64,000 bases of DNA from Sphaerodactylus townsendi (taxonomy: Eukaryota): the NCBI RefSeq assembly GCF_021028975.2, contig NC_059441.1, positions 18,476,001 to 18,540,000 on the forward strand, read 5' to 3'. Under the pieces are notes generated by a model. That model did no database searches. It saw only the letters and a program-made list of their open reading frames with translations, and was not told the DNA's origin. The position numbers and the translations under genes are program-made. Positions 12,488 through 24,660 of the stretch are shown piece by piece. The first letter of the stretch is position 1. The number at the start of each line of letters is the position of its first letter.

Positions 12488-12686
12488 GTTCAGAGATAAC
12501 AGACAGTTCAGAGGCAGAGGGGACAGATATGACCAGCAAGGCGGGTATCGATCTAGTCAGTGGCAAGAAAGAGGCTGGGGCAACAGTTACCAGCAACAGA
12601 GACAGTCGTCTTATTCCCAGCACGGCCGGGCGCCCCGGTACGGTTACAGTTCTTACTCTCCGGGACCCCAGTATGGTCATTACTGA
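12488..12686 (+). CDS. RAMAC: RAMAC last coding exon (NR-rich RNA-binding region and QYP-like tail)
   Basis: tttag| acceptor; FRDNRQFRGRGDRY...QWQERGWGNSYQQ...PQYGHY* resembles human LQDNRQFRGRD...QWHGRSWGNNY; ends at TGA 12686. Confidence 0.92.
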
Positions 12687-13136
12687 TAGGGCCCATTGAT
12701 GCGATGACTTGCAGTTGTATTTCCAGTATTATGATCTTTCTGTTTGGTTCTGTCAGGCATGAATCTCAATTTTATTCAGGTTTAGATTCTGAGTTTGTGT
12801 ATAATGGGTTTGTTGCGAGGGTTAATGCAAACCCGCTGATGTATTTCTGCAATGCATGTTTAGCAAAGGGTAGCTGATGTTTTGAAACTGACATGCAAAA
12901 GATAACACTGATTTCACTACCCTTCTGTTAATTTCTGCTTCCTGTTTTTGTGTCACTAGTATTTAATGGATCTGGGGAAAAAGAAATAGCGTTTGTGTCA
13001 GGCAAATCTGACAAGGGCCGAACTGCTCTTTCTGAAATCCTGATTCATATCTGGTTGTTACTAGTGGGTAGACGTACTGCTGATTTTAATCTTTAGTCGT
13101 GGGAGAGAAACATTCAGGTTGTATTTAGCTACTGCT

Positions 13137-13142
13137 AATAAA
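13137..13142 (+). terminator. Candidate polyadenylation signal of RAMAC
   Basis: AATAAA ~450 nt after the stop codon, followed by GU/U-rich sequence. Confidence 0.5.
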
Positions 13143-13432
13143 TAAGCTTATGTTTTCCAGTTTCGTTATTCCACATGTGGGTGTTTTTTATACATCTGGG
13201 CAGCATTGTTGAGATTCAGCGTGGCAAACCCAACAACTTACTGAAACAGGGCCACAATCCTTCATTTCTGCATGTGGATATGGAGGGAATCTCCATAGTT
13301 TTTCTGTGAGGTCTTGCCAGCATCTTTCATGTCCACATGCTGGAAGTTCAATTGTTGTCAATAATATAAGGCTGTTCTATTCAACTAGCATTCATTTTTA
13401 CTGTGTCAAAACCATTATTTTGTGAATTATTG

Positions 13433-13745
13433 AAGAGGAAGAGGAAAAGGGGGAGGAGGAGTTTGGATTTATATCCCCCTTTTTCTCCTGTAAGGAGACT
13501 CAAAGGGGCTTACAATCTCCTTTCCCTTCCCCCCTTACAACAAACACCCTGTGAGGTAGGTGGGGCTCAGAGAGCTCCAAAGAACTGTGACTAGGCTAAG
13601 GTCACCCAGCTGGCATGTGTTGGAGTGCACAAGCTAATCTAGTTCACCAGATAAGCCTCCACAGCTCAAGTGGCAGAGCGGGGAATCAATCCTGGTTCTC
13701 CAGGTAAGACTGCACCTGCTCTTAATCACTCCACCACGCTGGCTG
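13433..13745 (-). mobile_element. CORE-SINE (Squam3-like)
   Basis: Full-length copy. Confidence 0.85.
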
Positions 13746-14397
13746 TCATGGTAGTTTGATGCAAGAACATTTATAGTTCATTGAATGACTATCATTACAC
13801 TTTCAAACGGATGGGGAGAGCAGGGATGTGTAGGCACTAGGACTCTGGGGAGTATTCCACAACAAAGAAGTTCCAGCATGTTGAGTTCTGTGATGGAGGA
13901 ATATACAATCTACTAACATCTCTTGTGAGATAGGGTATAGGAAGGGATTTGATCCTGCAGCCACTTGGATGGAACCTAACTTCTGCCTGAGCTTAAAGTT
14001 CCCTGACAAAACCATTCCTCAGTGGCACGACATATGCTATCTCTACATTCTTTGTATGCTTTTTTGGAAAAGGAACAAGATCTAGATTAATTTCTATGTC
14101 TTTTCAAAATGTGTGGGAGGGTAAAGTTGAGGACAGAGCAAGTCCCACGCCTTTCCATCCTAGGTTTTGAATTATGGTGGCTATTTTAATTGGTCCAGGT
14201 TTTTTCCCTTCTCAAAAATAATTTTGTGGTTGTCTTGGCAACCTTTGTTTGGATTCTGGTAGTTTTTCCTTTCACAGTCCAAAGCATTTGCATGTGTAAA
14301 GAGCATGTAGGATAGAGAATACTTAACCTGTTACCTCCTTGAATGTTTTGGGGATGGGCAGCTGGGCTCTATTATTTGCTGAACGGAAGCAGATGAT

Positions 14398-14600
14398 GAA
14401 GGGGAGGAGGAATTTGGATTTATTCCCCACTTTTCTCACCTGCTTACAAGCTCCTTGCCCTTCCTCTCCCTACAACAGACACCTTGTGAGGTAGGTGGGG
14501 CTGAGAGAGTTCTGAGAGAACTGTCACTGGCCCAAAGTCACCCAGCAGGCTTCATGTGGAGGAGAGGGGAAACTACTCAGGTTCACTAGATAAGAGTCTG
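14398..14600 (-). mobile_element. CORE-SINE, partial
   Basis: 3' two-thirds of the SINE consensus. Confidence 0.75.
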
Positions 14601-16954
14601 CAGCTGCACCACAGATTTAGACAAGGGCTGAAAGTCTGAACTGGCAATAGTTATTTGTGGAATATTACTGTTAGTAGCATAGTACACTCTGCCCAAGTGA
14701 AGTAGTTTGATTGACACGAGACAGATTACTTAAATCTGGCATTCTAATCCTTACCCAATGGCACACTGTTACATGGGACTGCAACCCTTCTGTTCGGCAG
14801 TTTTAGCTAATCAGCTCATCTGCGGCGGCAGAAGGCCTTTTTATGCCATTTTCTCAACCTCCTCTGCACAGTGCAGGAAAAAAGTTCAGCTGGCCCTCTA
14901 ATAAATATTGGGACATCTGAAGGAGCGGCATGTGCAAACTCCATATTATCATTGCACACAGAAGACTTCGACTGGCTGGCCATGTCCTTCGCTTGGAGAA
15001 CGGTCAGATCCCAAAGATGGAAATGAGGTAGATACCTCCAGATGCCAAACGACAGTGAGGACGCCCCCAAAACACCTGGAGGTGAACAGGAACATTATTC
15101 TGCACATGCCGAATAATGCACTTTCAATCCACTTCCACAATTGCTTGAAAAGTGGATTTTGGCATTCCGCACAGTAAAATCTAGCTGCAGAGTGGATTGG
15201 AAGTGCTTTATTCTGGATGTGCGGAAGGTGCGTTCCCCTCAAATAACACTGGAAGGAGCAGGTGGCCAGATGCCGGCATGGGGTATTGAGTGATAAGTGA
15301 GATGGCCCAGAGTCACCCAAGGATAAGGACCAACTCTTTTGGTTAAGAGCAATGCAGCTTGTTACAGGGAAGAGCAAAGAAGATAAAATTAGAGAAGGAT
15401 GGGGGAGGAGAGATGCGGTGAGTGTTTTGGACTGAAAATCATGGAATGCCTCTTGCTAGCAGTGCCAGGCAGCAGTGGCCTTTAATGAGCTTGTTTCCCA
15501 GCCAAGGCAATGGTGTGAACAATAAAGCGGACGAAATCCAAAAACGAAGGCAAAATAGAACTTCCATTTCCGGGCCAAAATGGTTGATGCGAGTTAGAAT
15601 TGCCGTCACCTTTTTCCTTGGCACAAAAACCCCAGGCCAGATTGCTTGTGTTTGTCACGAATGTTCCGGGGGAAGATCAGCGCCTTCCACATCCCATTTA
15701 TGACGATCATGAAGGCAAAGTAGTTTGTCACCGGTAACGGGGACACTTTTTTCATATGGGACGTACAAATGTTATTTTCCCCAGGTGTGTCTGAAAAGGT
15801 GCAACCACCTTGCCAAAGCTTAACAAGTCTGGCTCTAATCAACACCTAGTGGACAACCAAACCTGGCAAAGGGTTTATTTATTTGTTTTATTTATATTTC
15901 AGTTTATATCCCCCTCTCCCCCACAGGGCTCAGGGTGGCGAACAATAAAAACAGCCAATGCGATAATACAACAAAAATCCACAAGCAGCAACAGGTGTCA
16001 AAAACCACCTCCTTCAGTACCCACAGTTCAGAGTATCGGACTAAAATCCGGAAGACCCCCACACTAGGTGCTTGCTGGCTGACTTTTAATTGGTCACTTC
16101 CCTTAAGCCTCACGTACCTCTCAGAATTGTCATACAGATAAAACAGAAGGAAAACCCTTGTAGACCATCCTGCATTCCTTGGGTAGGAAAGGCTAGGCTG
16201 GAACTGCCAGAGAGGATGAACCTAATGTACGCTATCTAGAGTCTCATGAGGATGAAATATCAATGTAACGATACAGCCAAATATTTTTTTATGCCAAATA
16301 AAGGCTAAAGAAAAAAAGATACAGCCAAATTTTGTACGCTGGCGTACAATAAGCAAAGATTATTATTAAGATAGAGAACCGGATTGTATGATAAAACTTG
16401 TAATAATGGCTTAAGTGAATGATATCTAATGTGTTGACCTCACACCTTGGATCTCTGCACAATTGGAATATTACGTATCTTTATGTATTCTGATTCTGGT
16501 TTTAACGGCTGGCCGAAAGGCTGTAATAATAAATTCTATTCTAATGTAACGATACATGCAATTTCCCCTACATTTTCTCAGTATGAGAGGAAGCCGTTGC
16601 ATCAGTGCAATCAAATGCGGAGTTGCTGCAGTCTAATTTCATTGATTTCAAGACGTTTTGACAGGAGTAACTTTGTGTAGGTTTGCCTGTGAGTTTATGG
16701 TATGTCAGAGTTTGATTCTATTTGTTCTGCCACATGTTCCCCTCACACATTAACTTGGCAATCCTAAGCTTTATTACCCATGTGAAAGGTCTCTGCACTA
16801 CTTGAGCCTGGCATACAGAGGTCACAGGCTGGGCTTCTTGCGTTTCATCACCTTTTTATCCCCACCAATCCTTTTTTCTCTGCAACCTACTAGAGGGTAC
16901 CCTCCATGCAGCCAATGAAGTCAGCTTATGATGCCATTATAAATCTGTTAAGAC

Positions 16955-17480
16955 TCTGCAAGGTGCAGGAAAAGAGATTCCACCTAAACATCAGGAAAAA
17001 CTTTTTGACTGTCAGGGCTGTTAGACAGTGGAATTCACTGCCTGGGAGAGTGGTGGAGTCTTCTTCTTTAGAGGTTTTTCAACAGGCTGGATGAATGTAT
17101 GTTGGGAATGAGCCAGCATGGTATAGCGGTAAAGAGCAAGTGCACCCTAATCTGGAGAACCAGGTTTGATTCCCCGCTCTGCCACTTGAGCTGTGGAGGC
17201 TTATCTGGTGAACCAGATTAGCTTGTGCATTCCAACACATGCCAGCTGAATGACCTTGGACTAGTTACAGATCTTCGGAGCTGTCTCAGTCCCACCCACC
17301 TCACAGAGTGTTTGTTGGGGGGTGGGGAAGGGAAAGGAGACTGTAAACCCCTTTGAGTCTCCTTGCAGAAGAGAAAGGGGGATATAAATCCAAACTCCTC
17401 CTCTTCTTTGTGTGTTCCTGCATGGCAGGGGAGTGGACTTGATGGCTCTTGAGGTCTCCCAACTTTATGATTCTACGATT
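16955..17480 (+). mobile_element. CR1 3' end interrupted by a CORE-SINE (17110-17407)
   Basis: RFHLNIRKNFLTVRAVRQWNSLP before the SINE; the CR1 3'UTR and TATGATTCT tail resume after it. Confidence 0.85.
17110..17407 (+). mobile_element. CORE-SINE (Squam3-like)
   Basis: Full-length copy inserted into CR1. Confidence 0.85.
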
Positions 17481-17995
17481 CTGCAGAACACTGGCTCTTT
17501 TATTTTTAGCTATAACCTTATACATTCACCCTAAGTTTAGTATATTTAATATCAGCCTCATAATGCAAGCCGACGTTGTCATATTGCACAGGCTGTGGGC
17601 TGGGTATGTGGCGTTTTGCCAACCACTGAATTCATGGCCAAGGTGAGATTTCAGCCAGAGCATCTCCTGCTCACGGCTTGCCGTCATAGGCTTCTCTCAT
17701 CCTCATCCCCACCCTAGTTCTGCATTAACCACTTACCTCATCCATACCACTCTCTCTGGGGACCCCATTTCATGATGTATCTGCCTTTGTTGCTAGGAAG
17801 GAGACTCTGCGCAGGAGGATAGAACGCTGGGGACAAATTCTTCCCCAAAGGAATGTTTCTTGTAAACATCCTGATGTAACGGGCTGCCTCTGAATATGCC
17901 AGCCACAGATGTGGGCAAAATGTTAAGAGCTAAAACTACCAGGTCATACCCACACCGCCCAAAAAACCCAAAACAGTTCATTCCAGCTGGGAATC

Positions 17996-18122
17996 GGCCC
18001 CTTCTGCACATGCAGAATAATGCACTTTCACAATTGTTTGCAAGTGGATTCTATTCTGTACAGTAAAATCCAGCTGCGAAGTGTATTGAAAGTGCATCAT
18101 TCTGCATGTGCGGAAGGGGCCC
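17996..18122. mobile_element. Short palindromic MITE (PIF/Harbinger-like)
   Basis: TIRs GGCCCCTTC(C/T)GCACATGCAGAATAATGCACTTTCA. Other copies at ~15100-15230, ~58790-58930, ~59275-59403 and 7795-8510 (split). Confidence 0.75.
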
Positions 18123-18801
18123 TAGACAGTACATTCTGATGTAACATAAACCTTCAGAGACTGCCGGCACTCTGCTAATGCGCTTAAGGGGGAAGGAAAG
18201 TGTAGAGCTGATCCAAGTCACAAACTGCCTACAATTAAAGCAAGTATTTCCATGCACCCAACTGCATTTCTAGTAGAATGCCTTTTGGCAGCTTTACAAT
18301 AGCTTTGCAGCACTTTGATTTAGCAAGACTGCCTTTCACTCGGTAGCCAGTTGATGTCTCATCAAAAGGACACAGGAGGAGCTACACTCAGAAAGGTCAT
18401 GATGGGAATGAAGAATACATTCTATAATTTCTTTGGCACAGGTTATTTTCCCCCTGGGCTTTCTGGACAGTTAAAAAAAATAGAAATACTTTATTACAGG
18501 GATGCTTAGTCTGGGTCTGCATGGGGAGAGGAAGGTCTTAGAGGGAATCTTTACACCTGGAACAACCTTGTGTGGTAGATTACAGGAAGTGACTGGCCCA
18601 AGGTCACCCCAAAGGCTTCATAGCTGTGGGGAGAAGTGAACATGGGCCTCCCAGCTCCTAGTCTGACAGTCAAACCATTGCACCGAGGAATGAAACATGC
18701 TTTCCTTTCAAACAAACAGAAGCTGTGTTCACAGGCTACAGTGAATGCATATACACCAGCACAGATGTCAAACTTGCGACCCTCCAGATGTTTTGGACTA
18801 C

Positions 18802-19090
18802 AGAGCAGCAGTGGCATAGAGCAGGTGCATTCTGATCTGGAGGAACCGGGTTTGATTCCCAGCTCTGCCGCTTGAATTGTGGAGGCTTATCTGGGGAATT
18901 CAGATTAGCCTGTACACTCCCACACACGCCAGCTGGGTGATCTTGGGCTAGTCACAGCTTTCCGGAGCGCTCTCAGCCTCACCCACCTCACAGGGTGTTT
19001 GTTGTGAGGGGGGAAGGGCAAGGAGATTGTAAGCCCCTTTGAGTCTCCTCCAGGAGAAAAAGAGGGGACATACATCCAAACTCCTCCTCC

Positions 19091-19125
<35 letters not shown>

Positions 19126-19130
19126 TTCTT
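18802..19130 (+). mobile_element. CORE-SINE with long (CCT/CTT)n tail
   Basis: Full-length; microsatellite tail 19081-19130. Confidence 0.85.
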
Positions 19131-19412
19131 CCCATCATGGGAACTGTAGTCCATAGCATCTGGAGGGGTGTGAGTTTGACACCTATGGACAGTGCATGCT
19201 TGATTTTTACACACATGTTGAGAAATTCCCATGTTGCGTTCAGTGCATGCACAACTGAACTTGAGATTGAAACCACACATTTATCCAGGTACGGTACCCG
19301 GTTTCATTCAGAAAGTGAACATATGTTGGTGCTTTCTTACTAACAGGTATATGCATGTACATACAGAATGTTATGTGTATTCAGTGTAACTTGTGAACAG
19401 GGCTAGAGAGAG

Positions 19413-19694
19413 AGAAGAAGAGTTTGGATTTATACCCCGCCTTTCTCTCCTGTAAGGAGACTCAAGGGGGCTTACAAGCTCCTTTCCCTTCCTCTCCCCA
19501 CAACAGACACCTTGGGAGGTAGGTGGGGCTGTGAGAGTTCTGTGACTAGCCCAAGGTCACCCAGCAGAAGTGTAGGCGTGCAGAAACACATCTGGTTCAC
19601 CAGATAAGCCTCCGCCACTCAGGTGGAGGAGTGAGGAATCAAACCCGGTTCTCCAGATTAGAATCCACCTGCTCTTAACCACTATACCACGCTG
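19413..19694 (-). mobile_element. CORE-SINE (second subtype)
   Basis: Full-length; CCTGAGTGGCGGAGG/GATGTGTTTC variant. Confidence 0.85.
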
Positions 19695-20662
19695 AGAGAC
19701 CGAGAAAGACAGGGAAAGCTGGCAAATTCCAGATTTGAAGAAGCGTCTCCCCCTAAGCCAAACGTCTCGGAGAGCGGCTTCCTACGCAGCCTGGATCTGA
19801 GCATTAAGATATGGCTTTCTATTATGAATTCTGAAAGGCTCTCCCTGAGAACAGTGCCAGAGTCAGAGAGGGCAAGAGAGCTTACGCTGCAGTCGCTGGA
19901 TGGAATCAGTGCTTGTGGAGGCTGCCTGGATTCTCTGAGAGCAAATGACTGGAGGCATCTCTGACGGAGTCACCAATTTAGCACAATGGGGGATTTGCAA
20001 GAGCTTTCACAACACTTTTGCATTCCCATTTGCTGAAGAGCCTCTCCCCCGCCCCGACACGCTTGCTTGGCTGCCATGGCAGAGGGGATCTGCCAGCCTC
20101 TCACAGTAATTACAGGGTATTAGTTTTGCCTCACTGCAAAAGATAACAGTCTCTCTCCCCCCCCAGCCCCCGCAACGTTGCGGAAAATGATTACAACTTG
20201 GCAAATACTGGGAGCTTTTGACGAACCAAATGTATTTAATTGGAAGGGGAAATTAAAATTCTTTTAGTAGCTTCCTTTAATTTAATAAAGATGTGTTGAT
20301 CTGGCTCGTTCACCGATCGGTTAAAAACTTTCACTCCATTGGAAAAGGTGTTTCCAGTTGTATTCATATTGAACAGAAGCAGTTATAAAAATTGCAAGAT
20401 GGTCGGTGCCTTCTTCAAGGAGGCATTCTCCCCTTCACTCTCCCAGTTCACTCACTGGCTGCTGTGGGTTTTCTAGGCTTGGTCAGTGCGTTCCGCCCCC
20501 CACGTCCTTCCTCCAAGGCTCTCCCTCCCTCTGTTTTCACTATAACCCTGCAAGGTAGGTTAGGCGAAGAGTGGCTGACTAGCCCAAAGCACATTGCATG
20601 GCAACAGCGAATCTCAATCACTGTGTCCTAGTCGAACACTCTGACCACTATACCACACTTCT

Positions 20663-20959
20663 AAGAGGAAGAGGAGTTTGGATTTATACCCCACCTTTCT
20701 CTCCTGTAAGGAGACTCAAGGTGGCTTACAAGCTCCTTTTACCTTCCCCTCCCCACAACAGACACCTTGGGAGGTAGGTGGGGCTGAGAGAGTTCTGAGA
20801 GAACTGTGACTAGCCCAAGGTCAACCAGCAGAATGTAGGAGTGCGGAAACACATCTAGTTCACCAGGTAAGCCTCTGCCACTCATGTGGAGGAGTGAGGA
20901 ATCAAACCCAGTTTTCCAGATTAGAATCCACTTGCTCTTAACCACTACCCCATGCTGGC
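20663..20959 (-). mobile_element. CORE-SINE (second subtype)
   Basis: Full-length copy. Confidence 0.85.
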
Positions 20960-21457
20960 TAAGCTATCGCCTCACCCGTCACAGCCTTGTGTGAGCTACA
21001 GACCACTTTCAGAATTCCTGTAATATATTTACACAAATGAATGCAGATTTAGTAACACAACGATTAAAAGTCTGTGTTGACTCAGAAATAGCCCCATAGA
21101 GTTCAACGGTAGGGCTTTTGCTGAAGTCTAGTGCGGCTGAGGCTGCATCCTAGAATTCCTCTAATTTGATGATAGCCTTGCTGTAAGCCCTGAAAGACGA
21201 AAAGATCATAAGACTATTTTAGCTCAGAAAGAAGCCACGAGGCTTGGTCAGCCAGCGTTGCAAGTTGTCTCGGCTCTGGCAGCGCCTTTGGGGGGTGCTG
21301 GAAAGCATCAGTTCTGATTCAGCTGGACAGCGGATGACGTTTAGTAGATTCTGCTTAGATCAAGGGCGCTGCTCCAAACCACCCAGGCATTCCGTTCCCA
21401 AATAAGCCCACAGACTAGTTCTTCTGCTCACCACGCACAAGTTTCAAACAAACCAAC

Positions 21458-22407
21458 CAGGGGCGTAACGAGGCAGCCCTGGGCAAACTGTAGCCCTGGG
21501 CAAAAACTGAGTTGGATGCCCCCCCCCCCCCCATGGGAGGCCACTCCACCACGACCAAATTTTTTTTTGCACCAGGACATTGGTGCCTGCAGGGGGTGCC
21601 TTTTTAGACATATCAGCACCATAATTTCAGCATATCATCAGGAGACTGTCCTTATGCTACTCCCCAAGTTTTGTGCAGTTTGGTTTAGGGGGTCCAAAGT
21701 TATGGACCCTCAAAGGGGGTGCCCCATCCCTTGTTATTCTTTACCCCTTCCTAAGGAGATGGGGAGGCTGCAGCTTTGAGGGTCCATAACTTTAGACCCC
21801 CTGAATTAAACTGCACCAAACAGAGTGCCATCATCTCCAGATGATACCCTGAAGTGCAGGTACCAACCATCCAAAATTGCGCCCCCTGCAGGAACATCCA
21901 CAGAATTTTGCCCAAGAATCTTTCCATTTGCTTCATTGGGGTTTCTGCATTGCTGTCAATGGGGTTTGCAGACTGTGGGGGCAGCACATTTCTGAAGGCA
22001 CAGTCTCAAAACTTTCAGGGTCTCATCAGGAGACTGCCCTAATGATACCCCCCAGGGTTGGTGCAGTTTGGTTCAGGGGGGGCCAAAGTTATGGACCCTC
22101 AGCACTCCAGCCCCCCATCTCCTATTAGCTCCCATTGGAAACAATGGGGGATAGAGGCACCCCTTTGCTGGGAGTCCATAACTTTGAACTCCATGAACCA
22201 AACCTCACCAAACTTGGGGGGTAGCATAAGGACAGTCTCCTGATGATACGCTCAAGGATTTGGTGCTGCTAACTTACTAGGCACCCCCTGCAGGCCAAAA
22301 ATGGAAAACCATTAAAATACCCAAAAACGAACCCAGCATTTTGATGCCCCCCACAAGGTGATGCCCTGGGCAGCTGCCCACCTTGCCCAATGGGCATTAC
22401 GCCAGTG
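21458..22407. mobile_element. Non-autonomous hAT-type DNA transposon, 950 bp
   Basis: TIRs CAGGGGCGTAA / TTACGCCAGTG; perfect 8-bp TSD AAACCAAC. A related element starts at ~63459. Confidence 0.87.
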
Positions 22408-24173
22408 AAACCAACCAAACCCTGGGTGACTGCTGGTTATTTTAAAAGTTACAATTTGGGGGCAGCGTTGTGAACAAATTAGATGCCTGTTTGCTGAGCA
22501 TTCGAGGGTTTACTGATAACCCACCTCTTGCAATGCCCAAGGAGTCTGCAGATGGGATCGCTGTGCATTGCCAAACAATGTAGAAGAAGAGGAGTTTGGA
22601 ATTATACCTCACTTCTCTCAACTGTGACCTTGGGCTAGTCACGGTTCTCTCAGAACACTTTCAGCCCCACCTACCTCTGTTGTGGGGAGAAGGGAAGGAG
22701 TTTGTAAGCCACTTTGAGACCCCTTATGGTTGAGAAAAGCGGGGTATAGGTCCAAACTCTTCTTCTCTGTCACCTTGTTTCTACATAACCTATTTGTGAT
22801 CACGAAGATAACTCAAAGGCGTTTGCAAAGGCACAGACGTTTCATGTGTCAGGACCATGCCTGTCAGTATCTTGATGTCTTGCTGTGTGTGATTTGCAAT
22901 TGTTTTCCTGTTTCCCTCTTCCCTTCCTAGCAATCTCCTGTTAGCAATCTCCTGGCGCCAGCCCATCCTCAAAGAGGTGTGAAAGGTTCCCAGGTCCTTT
23001 GTAGCTTTGTAGTAGAAACTGCAATGGACATTTGGTGTGGGGCGAAACGGGGGAATTAAAAGATATAAGTCCTGGATCACAGGCTCTCTGGCTCAGATCA
23101 CCACTTCTATACAATGAAATTACTCTTCGCATCACCTGGAATAAACTGCTTTTGGACTTTCCTACGGTCTCTGTTATTTCCACGTTCGAGAAATTAAGCA
23201 TCTTGTGCCTAGAATGGATTCAAATAACCAGTTCCACGCGCCAGTCTAATAGGGTCTTCCACCCCACAAATTCTGCCCATTTTTTTTATAAAGTTGTAAC
23301 GGAAATCCTTTTTAAAAAGTCAGAATATGAGACCTTGATATAACTGGTCTGCCCATTAAGGAATGAAAACAAAACTCACGCTCCATGGATATGTGCTAAC
23401 TGGCTAGACCTGGGACTACCCACAAAACTTTCCCGATGTACGGAACAAAAAAGAAAAAGCAGCTATTAGGGGCAGTTTGTTTTGTTTTTTGGCACCATCA
23501 AGGCACAGCCAAGTCATGGTGACCCCGTAGGGTTTTCAAGGCAAGAGAAATTGAGAGGTGGTTTGCCATTGTAGTAATAGTAATAGTAATAAATGTTTAT
23601 TAGCCAAGGGCCATATTCGCATACATGATCTTCCAACAGTAACCCAAAGAAACATTTAGCCTAAAAAGTTTAAAATACTAAATACATGAACTGGTAATAA
23701 AATCTAAATCTGATTGCACTTTGATGTAAGATAAATGGTTCAGTTAACTATTACTAATTTAACAACATGTAACACATGAAAAACATTCACCAAGAAAACT
23801 GAAGAAAAAATAATACATAAACATGACATAACATCTGGTTATTCATAACAAAATGGGTCTGTAGGAACCAGACTTATCACACTTAGCTTTTATAACAAAA
23901 GATACAATTTTCATTTAATTAATAACTGAAATTAATAACTTTTAACCCCTTAAAAGCATTTAGGCTCAATTTTTTTTTAATTACCGGAACCTAGAAACCG
24001 TGGAGTGCCTCAGTTGTTCAAATACCCTGTTCAAATACTAACTTGGGCCAAGCCTGCTTAGCTTACTAGATCAGATGAGACAGGGCTAGCCTGGACCATT
24101 CAGATCAGGGTGTCGCTGTTTAAAAAAGAAAATGGGGAAAAAAGAAACATACAAAAGCAATCTGGTGGCTGTT

Positions 24174-24660
24174 AAGAACATAAGAAAGAGCCTGCTGGAT
24201 CAGACCAGAATCCATCTAGTCCAGCACTCTGCTACTCGCAGTGGCCCACCAGATGCCTTTGGTGCTAGCTCACATGCAGGATGTGAAAGCAACGGCCTTC
24301 TGCTGCTGCTGCCGCCGAGCACCTGGTCTGCTAAGGCCTTTGCAATCTCAGATCAAGGAGGATCAAGATTGGTAGCCAAAGATCGACTTCTCCATAAATC
24401 TGTCCAAGCCCCCTTTAAAGCTATCCAGGTTAGTGGCCATCACCACCTCCTGTGGCATTACATGAAGAAATGTTTCCCTTTATTAGTCCTAATTCCGTGC
24501 CCCCCCCCCCCCCCGCACCATTTTCAATGTATGCCCCTTGGTTCTAGTATTGTGAGAGAGATAAATTTCTCTCTGTCAACATTTTCTATCCCATACACTT
24601 CAATCATATCCCCCTCAAATGTCTCCTCTCCAAACTGAAGAGTCCTAAACGCTGCAGCCT
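24174..24660 (-). mobile_element. CR1 LINE 3' fragment, same family as the 3773 copy, with internal deletions
   Basis: Reverse complement closely matches 3890-4410. Confidence 0.88.

Noticed and set aside
12384-12877. Alternative-frame ORFs over the last RAMAC exon
   Set aside because: Non-ATG or shadow frames with no independent support.
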